Origin: Phycisphaerae bacterium
Lineage (GTDB): Bacteria > Planctomycetota > Phycisphaerae > UBA1845 > Fen-1342
Length of the DNA: 64,000 nt
Direction: 5' to 3'
NCBI GenBank assembly: GCA_050115495.1
Contig: JASFQK010000025.1
Span: forward strand, 30,462 to 94,461
The notes under the pieces are model-generated. The model was not told where the DNA came from. It ran no database searches and was given only the letters and a program-made list of their open reading frames with translations. Below, piece by piece: positions 54,730-63,909 of the stretch. Made by a program: the position numbers and the translations under genes. Positions within the stretch are counted from its first letter, which is position 1. Every line of letters starts with the position of its first letter.

Positions 54730-55173
54730 GTAGGGCGGGCTCTGCCCACCGACTGCTCAGCAGCCGACACAGTGTTGGTCTGCGCGAACACCTCGCTGTG
54801 TGCCACTGCTCTTGAGCAGTGCGCGTCGCAGTGCGTGAAAACGAAGGTCTCTCGACGACCTGATGATACGTTCGGCTGAGCGGGCACAGATTGCGCTGTC
54901 GGGCAGCACTGCTCAAGAGCAGTGGCACACCGGGGCGTTCATCGACGATCGACGTCGGCCACAGGGGGTCGACGCTACGGAGTGTGGCATGCCGAAGCCT
55001 CAGGCGCCGGCATGTCTTTCTTCGGCGCCGGGGAGCACATGCCGGCGCTGCGCTTCGGCATGCCACACTCCGAAGACGTTCGACATCCCGGCGCGCCGGG
55101 ATCGGCCGCTACGAAGACGTCCGGTGCAGAGCCCGGACGCTACAAGACGGCCGGCACGGAGACCGGCCGCTAC
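54730..55173. repeat. Mosaic cluster of REP-like hairpins and inverted-repeat pairs
   Basis: GTGTGCCACTGCTCTTGAGCAGTGC and its exact reverse complement; GTGTGGCATGCCGAAGC / GCTTCGGCATGCCACAC; four minus-strand GTAGCG-headed hairpins; GTAGGGCGGGCTCTGCCCACC. Confidence 0.85.
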
Positions 55174-55222
55174 GGCTCATGGCTCATGGCAGAAAGCTGA
55201 TGGCTGACGGCTGACGGCTAAA
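55174..55222. repeat. Seven imperfect tandem heptamers (GGCTSAY-like)
   Basis: ggctcat ggctcat ggcagaa agctgat ggctgac ggctgac ggctaaa. Confidence 0.8.
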
Positions 55223-55249
55223 GACCCAACCGACGCCACCAATGTCACG

Positions 55250-58200
55250 ATGCCCGACACACCCCCACCCAACCTGCGCATCCGCCCCGACCCGGCGTTG
55301 CCCCTCGACCCCGCCGGCGATGCGTCCCACTCCGCCCCCTACGCCGAGCTCCACTGCCTCTCCAACTTCTCGTTCCTCCGCGGCGCCTCGCATCCCGAGG
55401 AGCTCGTCGCCCGCGCCGCCGAACTCGGCTACGCCGCCCTGGCCATCACCGACCGCGATTCTCTCGCCGGCGTCGTCCGCGCTCACCTCGCCGCCCGCGA
55501 GCACAACCTGCCGCTGATCATCGGCGCCGAGATCACGCCCCTGGACGCCCCCGCCGCCGTCCTCCTCGCTCCCACTCGCCAGGCCTACGCCAACCTCGCC
55601 CGCCTCATCACGCTCGGCCGCCGCCGCGCCGCCAAGGGCGACTGCATCCTCTACCTCCAGGACGTCAGCGATCTCGCCGCCGGCCTGCAGGCCATCGTCC
55701 GCCCCGGCGACACCCCGAGCATTCCCGCCCTGTCGACTTACCGCGACATCTTCGCCGACCGCGCCTTCCTCGCCGCCGAGCTGACCTGCGATCTGCCCGA
55801 CGACGCCCGCCTGGCCCAACTGGCCACCCTCGCCCGCGACGTGCACCTCCCGCTCGTCGCCGCCAACGACGTCCACTACCACGTCCCGCAGCGCCGCTAT
55901 CTCCAGGACGTCCTCACCTGCATCCGCGAACAATGCCCGCTCACCGAAGCCGGCGCCCGCCTCTTCGCCAACGCCGAACGCCACCTGCGTCCCCGCGATG
56001 AAATCACCCGCCGCTACGCCGCCCATCCCGCCGCCCTCGCCCGCACGGTGGCCATCGCCCAATCCTGCACCTTCTCCCTCGACGAACTGCGTTACGAGTA
56101 TCCGCCCGAGCTCTGCCCGCCCGGCCGCACGCCGCTCGCTCATCTCACCGAGCTCATCTGGCAGGGCGCCCGCCGGCGATACGCCGACGGCCTGCCGGAC
56201 AAGATCCGCCGTCAACTCGAACGCGAATTGGCGCTCATCGCCGAGCTCCAGTACGAGCACTATTTCCTTACCGTCTGGGACCTCGTCCGTTTCGCCCGCG
56301 AGCGCGGCATCGTCTGCCAGGGCCGCGGCTCGGCGGCGAACTCCGCCGTCTGCTATTGCCTCGGCGTGACCGCCGTCGATCCCGCCCGCTGTGACCTGCT
56401 CTTCGAGCGTTTCATCAGCCGCGAGCGCGACGAGCCGCCCGACATCGACGTCGACTTCGAGCACGAACGCCGCGAGGAGGTCTTCCAGTACATCTACGGC
56501 AAGTACGGCCGCGAGCGGGCCGCCCTCACCGCCGAGGTCATCACCTACCGCCCTCGCTCGGCGGTGCGCGACGTCGGCAAGGTCCTCGGCCTCTCGCTCG
56601 ACCGCGTCGACGCTTTGGCCAAGGCCCTCGACTGGTGGAGCGACGAGCCCGTCCCCGCCGAGGCGCTCGCCACCGCCGGCCTCGACCCCGCGTCTCGCAC
56701 CGTCCGCATGCTCATCCGCCTCGTGCAGCAACTGCTCGGCTTTCCACGCCATCTCTCGCAGCACGTCGGCGGCTTCGTCATCACCGCCACGCCGCTCTGC
56801 GAAATCGTCCCCCTCGAAAACGCCGCCATGCCCGACCGCACCTTCATCGAGTGGGACAAAAACGACATCGACGCACTCGGCATTCTCAAGATCGACTGCC
56901 TCGCTCTCGGCATGCTGACGGCGATCAGCAAGTGTTTCGGCCTGCTCGCCGCCCGCGATGGCGCCGCCCCGACGACCCTCGCCGCCATCCCCGCCGAGGA
57001 CCCCGCCGTCTACGACATGATCTGCGCCGCCGACACGATCGGCGTTTTCCAGATCGAAAGCCGCGCCCAGATGAGCATGCTGCCGCGTCTGCGGCCGCGC
57101 AATTTCTACGACCTGGTCATCGAGGTGGCCATCGTCCGCCCCGGCCCCATCCAGGGCGGCATGGTCCACCCTTTCCTCCGCCGCCGACACGGCGAGGAAA
57201 CCGTCACCTACCCTAGCCCCGCCGTCCGCGAGGTCCTCCAGAAGACGCTCGGTGTACCGCTCTTCCAGGAGCAGGTCATGCGCATCGCCGTCGTCGCCGC
57301 CGGCTTCTCTCCCGGCGAGGCCGACCAGCTCCGCCGCTCGATGGGTGCCTGGCGGCGTAGCGGCGCGTTGCACCATTTCCAGATCAAGCTGATCGAGGGC
57401 ATGCTGACCAACGGCTACGGCCGCGAATTCGCCGAGCAGATCTACAAGCAGATTCGCGGCTTTGGCGAATACGGCTTCCCCGAGAGCCACGCTGCTTCGT
57501 TCGCCCTGCTCGTCTACGCGTCGGCGTGGCTGAAGCATTACCACCCCGCCGCCTTCTGCGCCGCCCTGCTGAACGCCCAGCCGCTCGGCTTCTACACGCC
57601 CGGCCAGCTCGTCCGCGACGCCCGCGTTCACGGCGTGACCGTGCGCGGCGCCGACGTGAACTACAGCAACTGGGACTGCACGCTCGAAGACAGCGGCGAC
57701 GCCCCCACCCTGCGTCTCGGCTTTCGCGTCATCCGCGGGCTGAGCGCCGAGAAGGTTCGCGGCGTCGTGGCCGCTCGCGACGCCGGCCCGCTCCGCTCCG
57801 TCGAACGTCTCGCCCATCGCCCGGACGTCACTCGCGACACGCTGCTCCGTCTGGCAGCGGCGGACGCCTTCCGCTCACTCGGCCTCGACCGCCGACAGGC
57901 GCTATGGCAACTGCTCGCCACCGACGATACCGACCCGCCGCTGCTGGCCGGACTCGAGCCCGACGAGCCACCGGCCGCCCTGCCGGCGATGACGCTCGAC
58001 GAGACGGTCGTTCGCGACTACGATTCCGTCGGCTTCTCGCTCAACGCCCATCCCTTCGACCTGATCCGCGCCGAGCTCAACACGATGAAGGTCACGCCGA
58101 ACGGGCGTCTGCGCCACCTGCCCAACGGCCGCCCCGTCACCGTCGCCGGCCTGGTCACCGTCCGGCAGCGCCCCGGCACGGCCCGCGGCATCGTCTTTAT

Positions 58201-58411
58201 GACGCTCGAGGACGAGACCGGCACGGCGAACCTCGTCGTCCATCCGCCGATCTGGGAGCGTGACAAGCGCTCCGCCCGTGGCCGGCTGGCTGTCCTGGCC
58301 CGCGGCCACATCGAGCGCCAGGGCGAAGTGATCCACGTCGTCGTCCGCCAACTGGAGGATCTCTCCCCCCGCCTCGCCACCCTGGCGCACCGTTCCCGCG
58401 ATTTCCACTAA
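55250..58411 (+). CDS. dnaE2: Error-prone DNA polymerase DnaE2 (ImuC)
   Basis: YAELHCLSNFSFLRGASHPEELV, QGRGSAANS, PPDIDVDFEH, FPRHLSQHVGG, GVFQIESRAQM, C-terminal SRDFH. Confidence 0.97.
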   Translation: MPDTPPPNLRIRPDPALPLDPAGDASHSAPYAELHCLSNFSFLRGASHPEELVARAAELGYAALAITDRDSLAGVVRAHLAAREHNLPLIIGAEITPLDAPAAVLLAPTRQAYANLARLITLGRRRAAKGDCILYLQDVSDLAAGLQAIVRPGDTPSIPALSTYRDIFADRAFLAAELTCDLPDDARLAQLATLARDVHLPLVAANDVHYHVPQRRYLQDVLTCIREQCPLTEAGARLFANAERHLRPRDEITRRYAAHPAALARTVAIAQSCTFSLDELRYEYPPELCPPGRTPLAHLTELIWQGARRRYADGLPDKIRRQLERELALIAELQYEHYFLTVWDLVRFARERGIVCQGRGSAANSAVCYCLGVTAVDPARCDLLFERFISRERDEPPDIDVDFEHERREEVFQYIYGKYGRERAALTAEVITYRPRSAVRDVGKVLGLSLDRVDALAKALDWWSDEPVPAEALATAGLDPASRTVRMLIRLVQQLLGFPRHLSQHVGGFVITATPLCEIVPLENAAMPDRTFIEWDKNDIDALGILKIDCLALGMLTAISKCFGLLAARDGAAPTTLAAIPAEDPAVYDMICAADTIGVFQIESRAQMSMLPRLRPRNFYDLVIEVAIVRPGPIQGGMVHPFLRRRHGEETVTYPSPAVREVLQKTLGVPLFQEQVMRIAVVAAGFSPGEADQLRRSMGAWRRSGALHHFQIKLIEGMLTNGYGREFAEQIYKQIRGFGEYGFPESHAASFALLVYASAWLKHYHPAAFCAALLNAQPLGFYTPGQLVRDARVHGVTVRGADVNYSNWDCTLEDSGDAPTLRLGFRVIRGLSAEKVRGVVAARDAGPLRSVERLAHRPDVTRDTLLRLAAADAFRSLGLDRRQALWQLLATDDTDPPLLAGLEPDEPPAALPAMTLDETVVRDYDSVGFSLNAHPFDLIRAELNTMKVTPNGRLRHLPNGRPVTVAGLVTVRQRPGTARGIVFMTLEDETGTANLVVHPPIWERDKRSARGRLAVLARGHIERQGEVIHVVVRQLEDLSPRLATLAHRSRDFH

Positions 58412-58498
58412 CTGTCCGCCCGCCGCCGCGGTATGCTCCCCGTCGTGCGCCCCCGACGGGCGCTGCCCCATCTCCGAAACGCCGTGGGAGGTACAACG

Positions 58499-59305
58499 AT
58501 GCGTCTCATCCCGGCCCTGTGCCTTGCCACAGCGCTCCTGCCGACCGTTCTCACTGCCGACAACGCCACCCCTCAGCCAACCGCCCTCGCACAGCAGGCC
58601 GCCAGCCGGCCCGCCCGGCCACCCACGATGCAACCCGTGATCGACCCTGCGAAGCGCGTCGAACTCGACAAAGCCTCCGCCCTGCTGAAAACTTCGAAGA
58701 AGCTCACGTACGACTGGTTCGAGCGCGGCGAGAAGGTCGGCACCGTCGTCATGACCAACGAACTCGTTGAGGTCGACGGCCGGCAGATGCTCCGCATGAC
58801 GACCGAGCTGAGACCCGGCGATCCCAGGGACGGCCACCTGAAGTGCGTCGCCCTCTGCGATCCGCAGGAGCCGCTCAGCCTCACCCAGCTCGAGATTGCG
58901 GGCGAGGGCGAATTTCGCACTTGGCGCACCTCGAAGCTGACCGTCGCCGACGGGCGTGTCACCGGTGTGTCCCGCAGCAAGCCGTACAGACGCGATGTGC
59001 CCGCCGGCGCCGTGCTCAGCTTATTCGAGGTCCTGCGGGCGGTAACGCTCATGCCGGACAAGCCCGACACCTGGTTCATCTTCAATTACCTCGACACATA
59101 CTACACCGACACCGACTGGCAGCGTGCCATCCACTGCGCGGAGGCCGGCGAAACGACGGTCGGCGGCAAACCGATCCGCGCCTGGAAGTTCGAGTTCGTC
59201 TGGCCCGACGACAAGACCGACGAGTTCTGGGTCGACGAGGACCACGTCCTCCGGCGGGCCTGGATCGACGAACAGATGGAATGGGTGCTGATCGGCCAGG
59301 ACTGA
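58499..59305 (+). CDS. Secreted hypothetical beta-rich protein
   Basis: Signal peptide MRLIPALCLATALLPTVLTA; GGAGG RBS; typical codon usage. Confidence 0.75.
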   Translation: MRLIPALCLATALLPTVLTADNATPQPTALAQQAASRPARPPTMQPVIDPAKRVELDKASALLKTSKKLTYDWFERGEKVGTVVMTNELVEVDGRQMLRMTTELRPGDPRDGHLKCVALCDPQEPLSLTQLEIAGEGEFRTWRTSKLTVADGRVTGVSRSKPYRRDVPAGAVLSLFEVLRAVTLMPDKPDTWFIFNYLDTYYTDTDWQRAIHCAEAGETTVGGKPIRAWKFEFVWPDDKTDEFWVDEDHVLRRAWIDEQMEWVLIGQD

Positions 59306-59366
59306 CGCCCGCGCCCGTGCCCGTGCCCCGTTCCCCCGCGGCCCGCGCGCGGTTACCCTTTCAGGT

Positions 59367-60272
59367 ATGCAAGACCGCGGCCACCTGCTCACCGAGCAGC
59401 ACAACCCCGCGTCGGCCGACCTCGACGGCCTCTCCCTCGACCAGGCCTTCGACGTCATGAACGCCGAGGACCGCCGCATCGCCGAGGCCGTCGCCGAGGC
59501 CAAGCCCCACATCATCGCCGCCGTCGTCCTCGTCACCGCCGCCCTCCAGCGCGGCGGCCGGCTCATCTACGTCGGCGCCGGAACCAGCGGCCGGCTCGGC
59601 GTGCTCGACGCGGCCGAATGCCCGCCCACGTTCCTCGTCGACCCGCAGATGATCCAGGGCGTCATCGCCGGCGGCGACGTCGCCCTCAAACGCAGCGCCG
59701 AGCACGCCGAGGATGATCCCGCCACCGGTGCCGATCGCATCGACGACCTCGCCGTCGGCGAGAACGACGTCGTCTTCGGTATCGCCGCCGGCGGCACGAC
59801 CCCGTTCGTCCACGGCGCCATCCGCCGAGCCCGCGAGCGCAAGGCCCGCACCGTCTTCCTCGGCTGCGTCACCTCGCAGGACGTCTCCGACGAGGCCGAC
59901 GTTTCGATCCGCGTACTCACCGGCCCCGAGGTCGTCAGCGGCTCCACCCGTCTCAAAGCCGGCCTCGCCACGAAGATGGTCCTGAACCTGGTCAGCACGC
60001 TGGCCATGGTCCGCCTCGGCAAGGTCTACGGCAATCTCATGGTCGACGTGAACGCCCGCGGCTGCGCCAAGCTCACCGACCGCGCCATCCGCACCACGAT
60101 GGCCGCCACCGATCTGCCCCGCGACGAGGCCGAGAAACTCCTCGCCGCCGCCGACTGGCACGTCAAGACCGCCATCGTCATGCACCACCTGTCCATCGGC
60201 GCCAACGACGCCCGCCGCCGACTCGCCGCCGCCGACGGCTTCGTCCGCACCGTCATCAGCGAAGCGGAGTAA
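59367..60272 (+). CDS. murQ: N-acetylmuramic acid 6-phosphate etherase
   Basis: TEQHNP, GRLIYVGAGTSGRLGVLDAAECPPTF, TGPEVVSGSTRLKAG, GKVYGNLMVDV. Confidence 0.96.
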   Translation: MQDRGHLLTEQHNPASADLDGLSLDQAFDVMNAEDRRIAEAVAEAKPHIIAAVVLVTAALQRGGRLIYVGAGTSGRLGVLDAAECPPTFLVDPQMIQGVIAGGDVALKRSAEHAEDDPATGADRIDDLAVGENDVVFGIAAGGTTPFVHGAIRRARERKARTVFLGCVTSQDVSDEADVSIRVLTGPEVVSGSTRLKAGLATKMVLNLVSTLAMVRLGKVYGNLMVDVNARGCAKLTDRAIRTTMAATDLPRDEAEKLLAAADWHVKTAIVMHHLSIGANDARRRLAAADGFVRTVISEAE

Positions 60273-60277
60273 CCCCC

Positions 60278-61375
60278 GTGCGCGTCGTCCTGCTCGTGAC
60301 CGACCTCGAGCGCGGCGGAACGCCCTTGCGCCTAGCCCGGCTGGCCCGCGGCCTGCTCGGCGCCGGGGTCGAAGTCCACGTCGGCTGCCTCGCCCCGTCC
60401 GGCCCCGTCAGCGAGCAGCTCACCGCCGCCGGCGTCCCCACGTTCGCCTGCGACGCACGCAGCGCCCGCGACCTGTCCGCTCTTCGGCGGCTCGACGAGC
60501 ACATCCGCCGGATCCACCCCGACCTCATCCACGCCACGCTGACGCACGCCAACGTCGCGGCCCGCCTGATCGGCCTGCTCCGCCGCATTCCGGTCATCGG
60601 CTCGACGGCCACGATCGAGGTCGAGCGCCGCTGGCACCGCTGGGCCGAGTTACTCACCGCTCGCGTGGACCGCCGGCACATCGTCACGAGTGTGGCCCTG
60701 GCCGATCACGTGGCCCGCGCGTTCCTGCTACCGCGCCGTCGCATCCGCATTGTCCCGCCGGCGCTCGACCCGCCCGCGCAACGCGTCGACCGCGCCGCCG
60801 CCCGCGCGGCGTTGGGCGTGCTCCCGCAGGAGTTCGTCGTCCTGTGGGCCGGGCGCTTCGACCCGGTCAAACGCGTCGATCTCGTGATCCGCTGTGCCGA
60901 GATCATGAGCGTGGTGCCGTCGCGGTTCCTCATCGCCGGCGACGGTCCCGACCGCCTGCGTGTCGAGCAGGCTGTGCGTCTGGGCAGCGCCGCCGGCCGC
61001 GTGCATCTGCTCGGCTGGCGTGACGATCTCGACCCGCTCTTCGCCGCGGCGGATTGCCTGTTGTTCCCCTCGCGCACCGAGGGCATGCCGAATGTCGTGT
61101 TACAGGCAATGGCCGCCGGCCTGCCCGTCGTGGCCAGCGACATCCCCGCCCTGCGCGACCTGTCCGCCGGTGGCCGGCGTCTCGTCCTCGTCGCCGGCGA
61201 TGAGCCGCAGCCATTCGCCCGCGCCCTGCTCGACCTGCGTGAACATCCCGCCGAGCGCACGGCCCTGGCCCGCGCCGCCGCCAACTGGGCCGCCGCCAAC
61301 CTCGACCCCCAGCGCACCCTCACCGCCCTCACGCGCGTCTACCGCCAGACCCTCCGCACCCGCCGCCACTGTTGA
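60278..61375 (+). CDS. GT4 family glycosyltransferase
   Basis: AGRFDPVKR, AGDGP, LLGWR, PSRTEGMPNVVLQAMAAGLPVVASD. Confidence 0.9.
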   Translation: MRVVLLVTDLERGGTPLRLARLARGLLGAGVEVHVGCLAPSGPVSEQLTAAGVPTFACDARSARDLSALRRLDEHIRRIHPDLIHATLTHANVAARLIGLLRRIPVIGSTATIEVERRWHRWAELLTARVDRRHIVTSVALADHVARAFLLPRRRIRIVPPALDPPAQRVDRAAARAALGVLPQEFVVLWAGRFDPVKRVDLVIRCAEIMSVVPSRFLIAGDGPDRLRVEQAVRLGSAAGRVHLLGWRDDLDPLFAAADCLLFPSRTEGMPNVVLQAMAAGLPVVASDIPALRDLSAGGRRLVLVAGDEPQPFARALLDLREHPAERTALARAAANWAAANLDPQRTLTALTRVYRQTLRTRRHC

Positions 61376-61492
61376 TTCGTTCCGAATTCGCCGCGGGGAT
61401 TTCGAAGAACGACAATTGGGAAGCCCCAAAGGGACAACAAGCGGCATTCCAGCACGCGATACCGAGAGCAACGCCCCGCACGTCGGAGGACC

Positions 61493-61698
61493 AGTGCCGT
61501 AGGCACGGCTGATTGTAGCCCAGCACGCAGTGCTGGGATTCCGACAGACCACGAATCGGAAGTCCCGTAGGGACGACTGAAGGACGAGATGCGCGACGCA
61601 ACCTTCAGTCGTCCTTACAGGACTCAAGATGGAGAAGGCCGTCGCCCGCGGGTCCCAGCAGTTCCTGCTGGGCTACAATCAGCCGTCCCTGCGGGACT
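61493..61698. repeat. Nested REP/BIME-like inverted repeat element
   Basis: Outer 33-bp IR (3 mismatches) AGTGCCGTAGGCACGGCTGATTGTAGCCCAGCA; inner 23-bp IR (2 mismatches) AGTCCCGTAGGGACGACTGAAGG. Confidence 0.85.
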
Positions 61699-61726
61699 AA
61701 TCACTTGGCGTACGTGGCCGTTCACC

Positions 61727-61805
61727 GTGCCGAGCGCCGCACCTCCGGACGTGCCGAGCACCGCACCTCCGGACGTGCCGAGCGCCGAACCTCCTGACGT
61801 GCCGA
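61727..61805. repeat. 24-bp tandem repeat, ~3.3 copies
   Basis: GTGCCGAGCGCCGCACCTCCGGAC units head to tail with no spacers. Confidence 0.9.
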
Positions 61806-61980
61806 TCCCCGTGCCGTCCCCTTGCTTCCGCGGCGTCACATGTCGTAACGCGCTCACCCCGCTTTCGCGGTAATCTTCCCCCGCCCCACCACGCTCGGTG
61901 CCACTGGTGGCTTGCCCACCAGTGCCGTCGCGTGCCGACGGCCGGCATCCCGGCGCGCCGGGAACCGCCACTTCTCCGCC

Positions 61981-62406
61981 CTAGTCTTCCCCCGCCCCAC
62001 CGCGGCGACGCATCTGCTTGACGGCGCCGCGTTGTCGCTTCGCCCGCAAACGCCGCTCACGCGAGCCGGCCGTCGGCCGCGTCGGCCGCCGCGGCACGCG
62101 TGGCCGCAGCGCATCGGCGATCAACTCCGCCAACCTCTCCCCGGCGGCCCGCCGATTCGCAACCTGTGTGCGCCACTGCTGCGCCACGATGCGCAGCCGC
62201 CCATCCCGGCTGATCCGCCCGCCCAGCTTCGCCCGAATCCGCGAACGCTCGTGCGCCGAAAGCAGCGCGCACGCCTCAAAATCAAACAGAAGCGTAGCCC
62301 GCGCCGCCACCTTGTTGACGTTCTGACCCCCCGGCCCTTCGGCGCGGTCGTAGCGCCACTCGATCCACGCCGCCAACGCTTCGCTGTCCAGTCGTCGCCC
62401 CGTCAT
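61981..62406 (-). CDS. arfB: Alternative ribosome rescue peptidyl-tRNA hydrolase ArfB
   Basis: GPGGQNVNKV, RTQVANR, basic tail RRPTRPT..SRERRL..KRQRG..K. Confidence 0.93.
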   Translation of the reverse strand: MTGRRLDSEALAAWIEWRYDRAEGPGGQNVNKVAARATLLFDFEACALLSAHERSRIRAKLGGRISRDGRLRIVAQQWRTQVANRRAAGERLAELIADALRPRVPRRPTRPTAGSRERRLRAKRQRGAVKQMRRRGGAGED

Positions 62407-62443
62407 TCAGCTCCGTCGCGTATCGCCCGCTCGCACCTTCGCA

Positions 62444-62518
62444 CTAACAAAGGGCAATATACGCCGCCACGAAGTAAATCACGATCCGAATCCGCTGAGG
62501 AGTCCATACGAAGAACAT
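62444..62518 (-). CDS. Small hydrophobic 24-aa ORF (MFFVWTPQRIRIVIYFVAAYIALC)
   Basis: AGGAGG 6 nt before ATG; below the ORF-track cutoff; 37 nt upstream of arfB. Confidence 0.55.
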   Translation of the reverse strand: MFFVWTPQRIRIVIYFVAAYIALC

Positions 62519-62795
62519 CTTTCGCCTCCTAAGGCTTGCCGCGATCCCCATGCCACTCGGGGACCGTCTCGCGGCCGGCGAGCCCGGCTGACCGGGCCGC
62601 CTCCACTCTACTCATATGCGGGGCAGGCCCCGCACATCAAGCCTTTTCCGCAGCCCAAACAAACAGGGCCGCTCTTCGGCGACAGACCGCACTCTTATGG
62701 GATCATACGTGCGACTTGCCCCCAGGTTCCGATAGAAGTCACGTCCAGGCGCAAGTCCTGCCGGACTTCCCGATTCCACGCCTCGGCAACCCGCC

Positions 62796-63599
62796 TTACG
62801 CCGCCCCGTCGTCGACCACCTGCACCGGCCGAGCGTGCATGATCTCGGACGCAAACCCGCAGAACGCCCCCGCCAGGTAGTTCAACGGCCGAAAACCCAG
62901 CCGCTGACCGATCTCCAGGATCACCTCGTGCACTTCCGGCGGCAGGTGCACCGTGCGCGTGTTGCGCGAGAAGTACTTCTCGTGCGTCGGCGTACACATC
63001 TCCGGCGGATCGAGGCTGAAGAAGTACCGGCAGGCGATCGGCCGCACCGGGTAGATCCGGCAACACCCCGTCTCCGCATCCAGGAAGCCGCACCGCCGAT
63101 TCAGCCGGTTGTACTCCCGGTGCGATTCGAGCACACGCTCGTCGCTCCCGCCGAACTCGAACTCTCCCGGCCGCAGCTTCGATTCGAGGATCTCCATGAA
63201 CTGCTCCGCCGAGTCGCGGAGATATTCGAAGATCTGCTTCACGTCCGGCCACGACCGCACGTGGTGGTAGATGTTGATGGTCTCCGGGGTGTTGATGCCG
63301 CGCACCAGGTCGATGCAGCAGTTGGCGCAACCCTTGCGGCACTGGATCAGGCCGGTCGTACCGGTGAAATCCAGCACGAAGTCGATCAGCACGTCGACTT
63401 CCGCCAGCGCGGCGTTGAACTCCGTGAAGAAAGCGGCGGGCAGGCGGTGGGTCTCTTTGAACTGCCCGAGCCCGGGCAGGTCGCGGACCGCTTCGAGGTG
63501 CCCCCGGATACGCGATACGATCTCGACGAACTGCGGCTGCGCCTCAACCTCGCCGGCCCCCGCCGGCTGTTCGCTGACATCGCGCTCATCCTGACTCAC
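62796..63599 (-). CDS. YkgJ family cysteine-cluster (CxxGCxxCC) zinc/iron-chelating protein
   Basis: CRKGCANCC, CGFLD, CRIYPVRPIACR. Confidence 0.88.
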   Translation of the reverse strand: MSQDERDVSEQPAGAGEVEAQPQFVEIVSRIRGHLEAVRDLPGLGQFKETHRLPAAFFTEFNAALAEVDVLIDFVLDFTGTTGLIQCRKGCANCCIDLVRGINTPETINIYHHVRSWPDVKQIFEYLRDSAEQFMEILESKLRPGEFEFGGSDERVLESHREYNRLNRRCGFLDAETGCCRIYPVRPIACRYFFSLDPPEMCTPTHEKYFSRNTRTVHLPPEVHEVILEIGQRLGFRPLNYLAGAFCGFASEIMHARPVQVVDDGAA

Positions 63600-63674
63600 G
63601 GCCTTCTCGCTCCATTACTCGCTGCGCGTGGAGATGCGTCTCTTCATTCACTATCCGCGGCCAGCGCTTCACGG

Positions 63675-63703
63675 ATTCTACCAGCCGGCCACAGAGGGCT
63701 CAA
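63675..63703 (-). promoter_or_regulatory. Sigma70-like promoter of the YkgJ-family gene
   Basis: Minus strand TTGAGC-N17-TAGAAT. Confidence 0.55.
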
Positions 63704-63909
63704 CGGGAGGACTGCGATCGAAGTGCACGACGTGCTCATCGTCACACCGTCTGCGAGCACTGACTTGAATCGCCGGCCAACTGCACCTATGATGACGCTG
63801 GTTTGTCACAGGTGCATCTTGCGAGGGGCGCCTGCTGACCGGGGTGTTCTCGGTGCAGGTGGCAACTGCGCGGAGCGAGCTATAACCGAATTTCGTTGAT
63901 GGCGGGATG

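Noticed and set aside
54830..54880. Hammerhead ribozyme (GAAA ... CTGATGA present)
   Set aside because: The required stems II and III cannot be formed convincingly around the core
55081..55173. Possible mini-CRISPR from ~30-bp periodic CGCTAC units
   Set aside because: The constant part is only ~6 nt and the variable parts are self-complementary stems, which fits REP hairpins
54680..55249. imuB/imuA pseudogene or LexA box upstream of dnaE2
   Set aside because: No ImuB-type C-terminal motifs in the frames inspected, and no SOS box I can recognise for this lineage
61727..61805. Possible CRISPR array
   Set aside because: Repeats are head to tail with no unique spacers, and no cas genes are present
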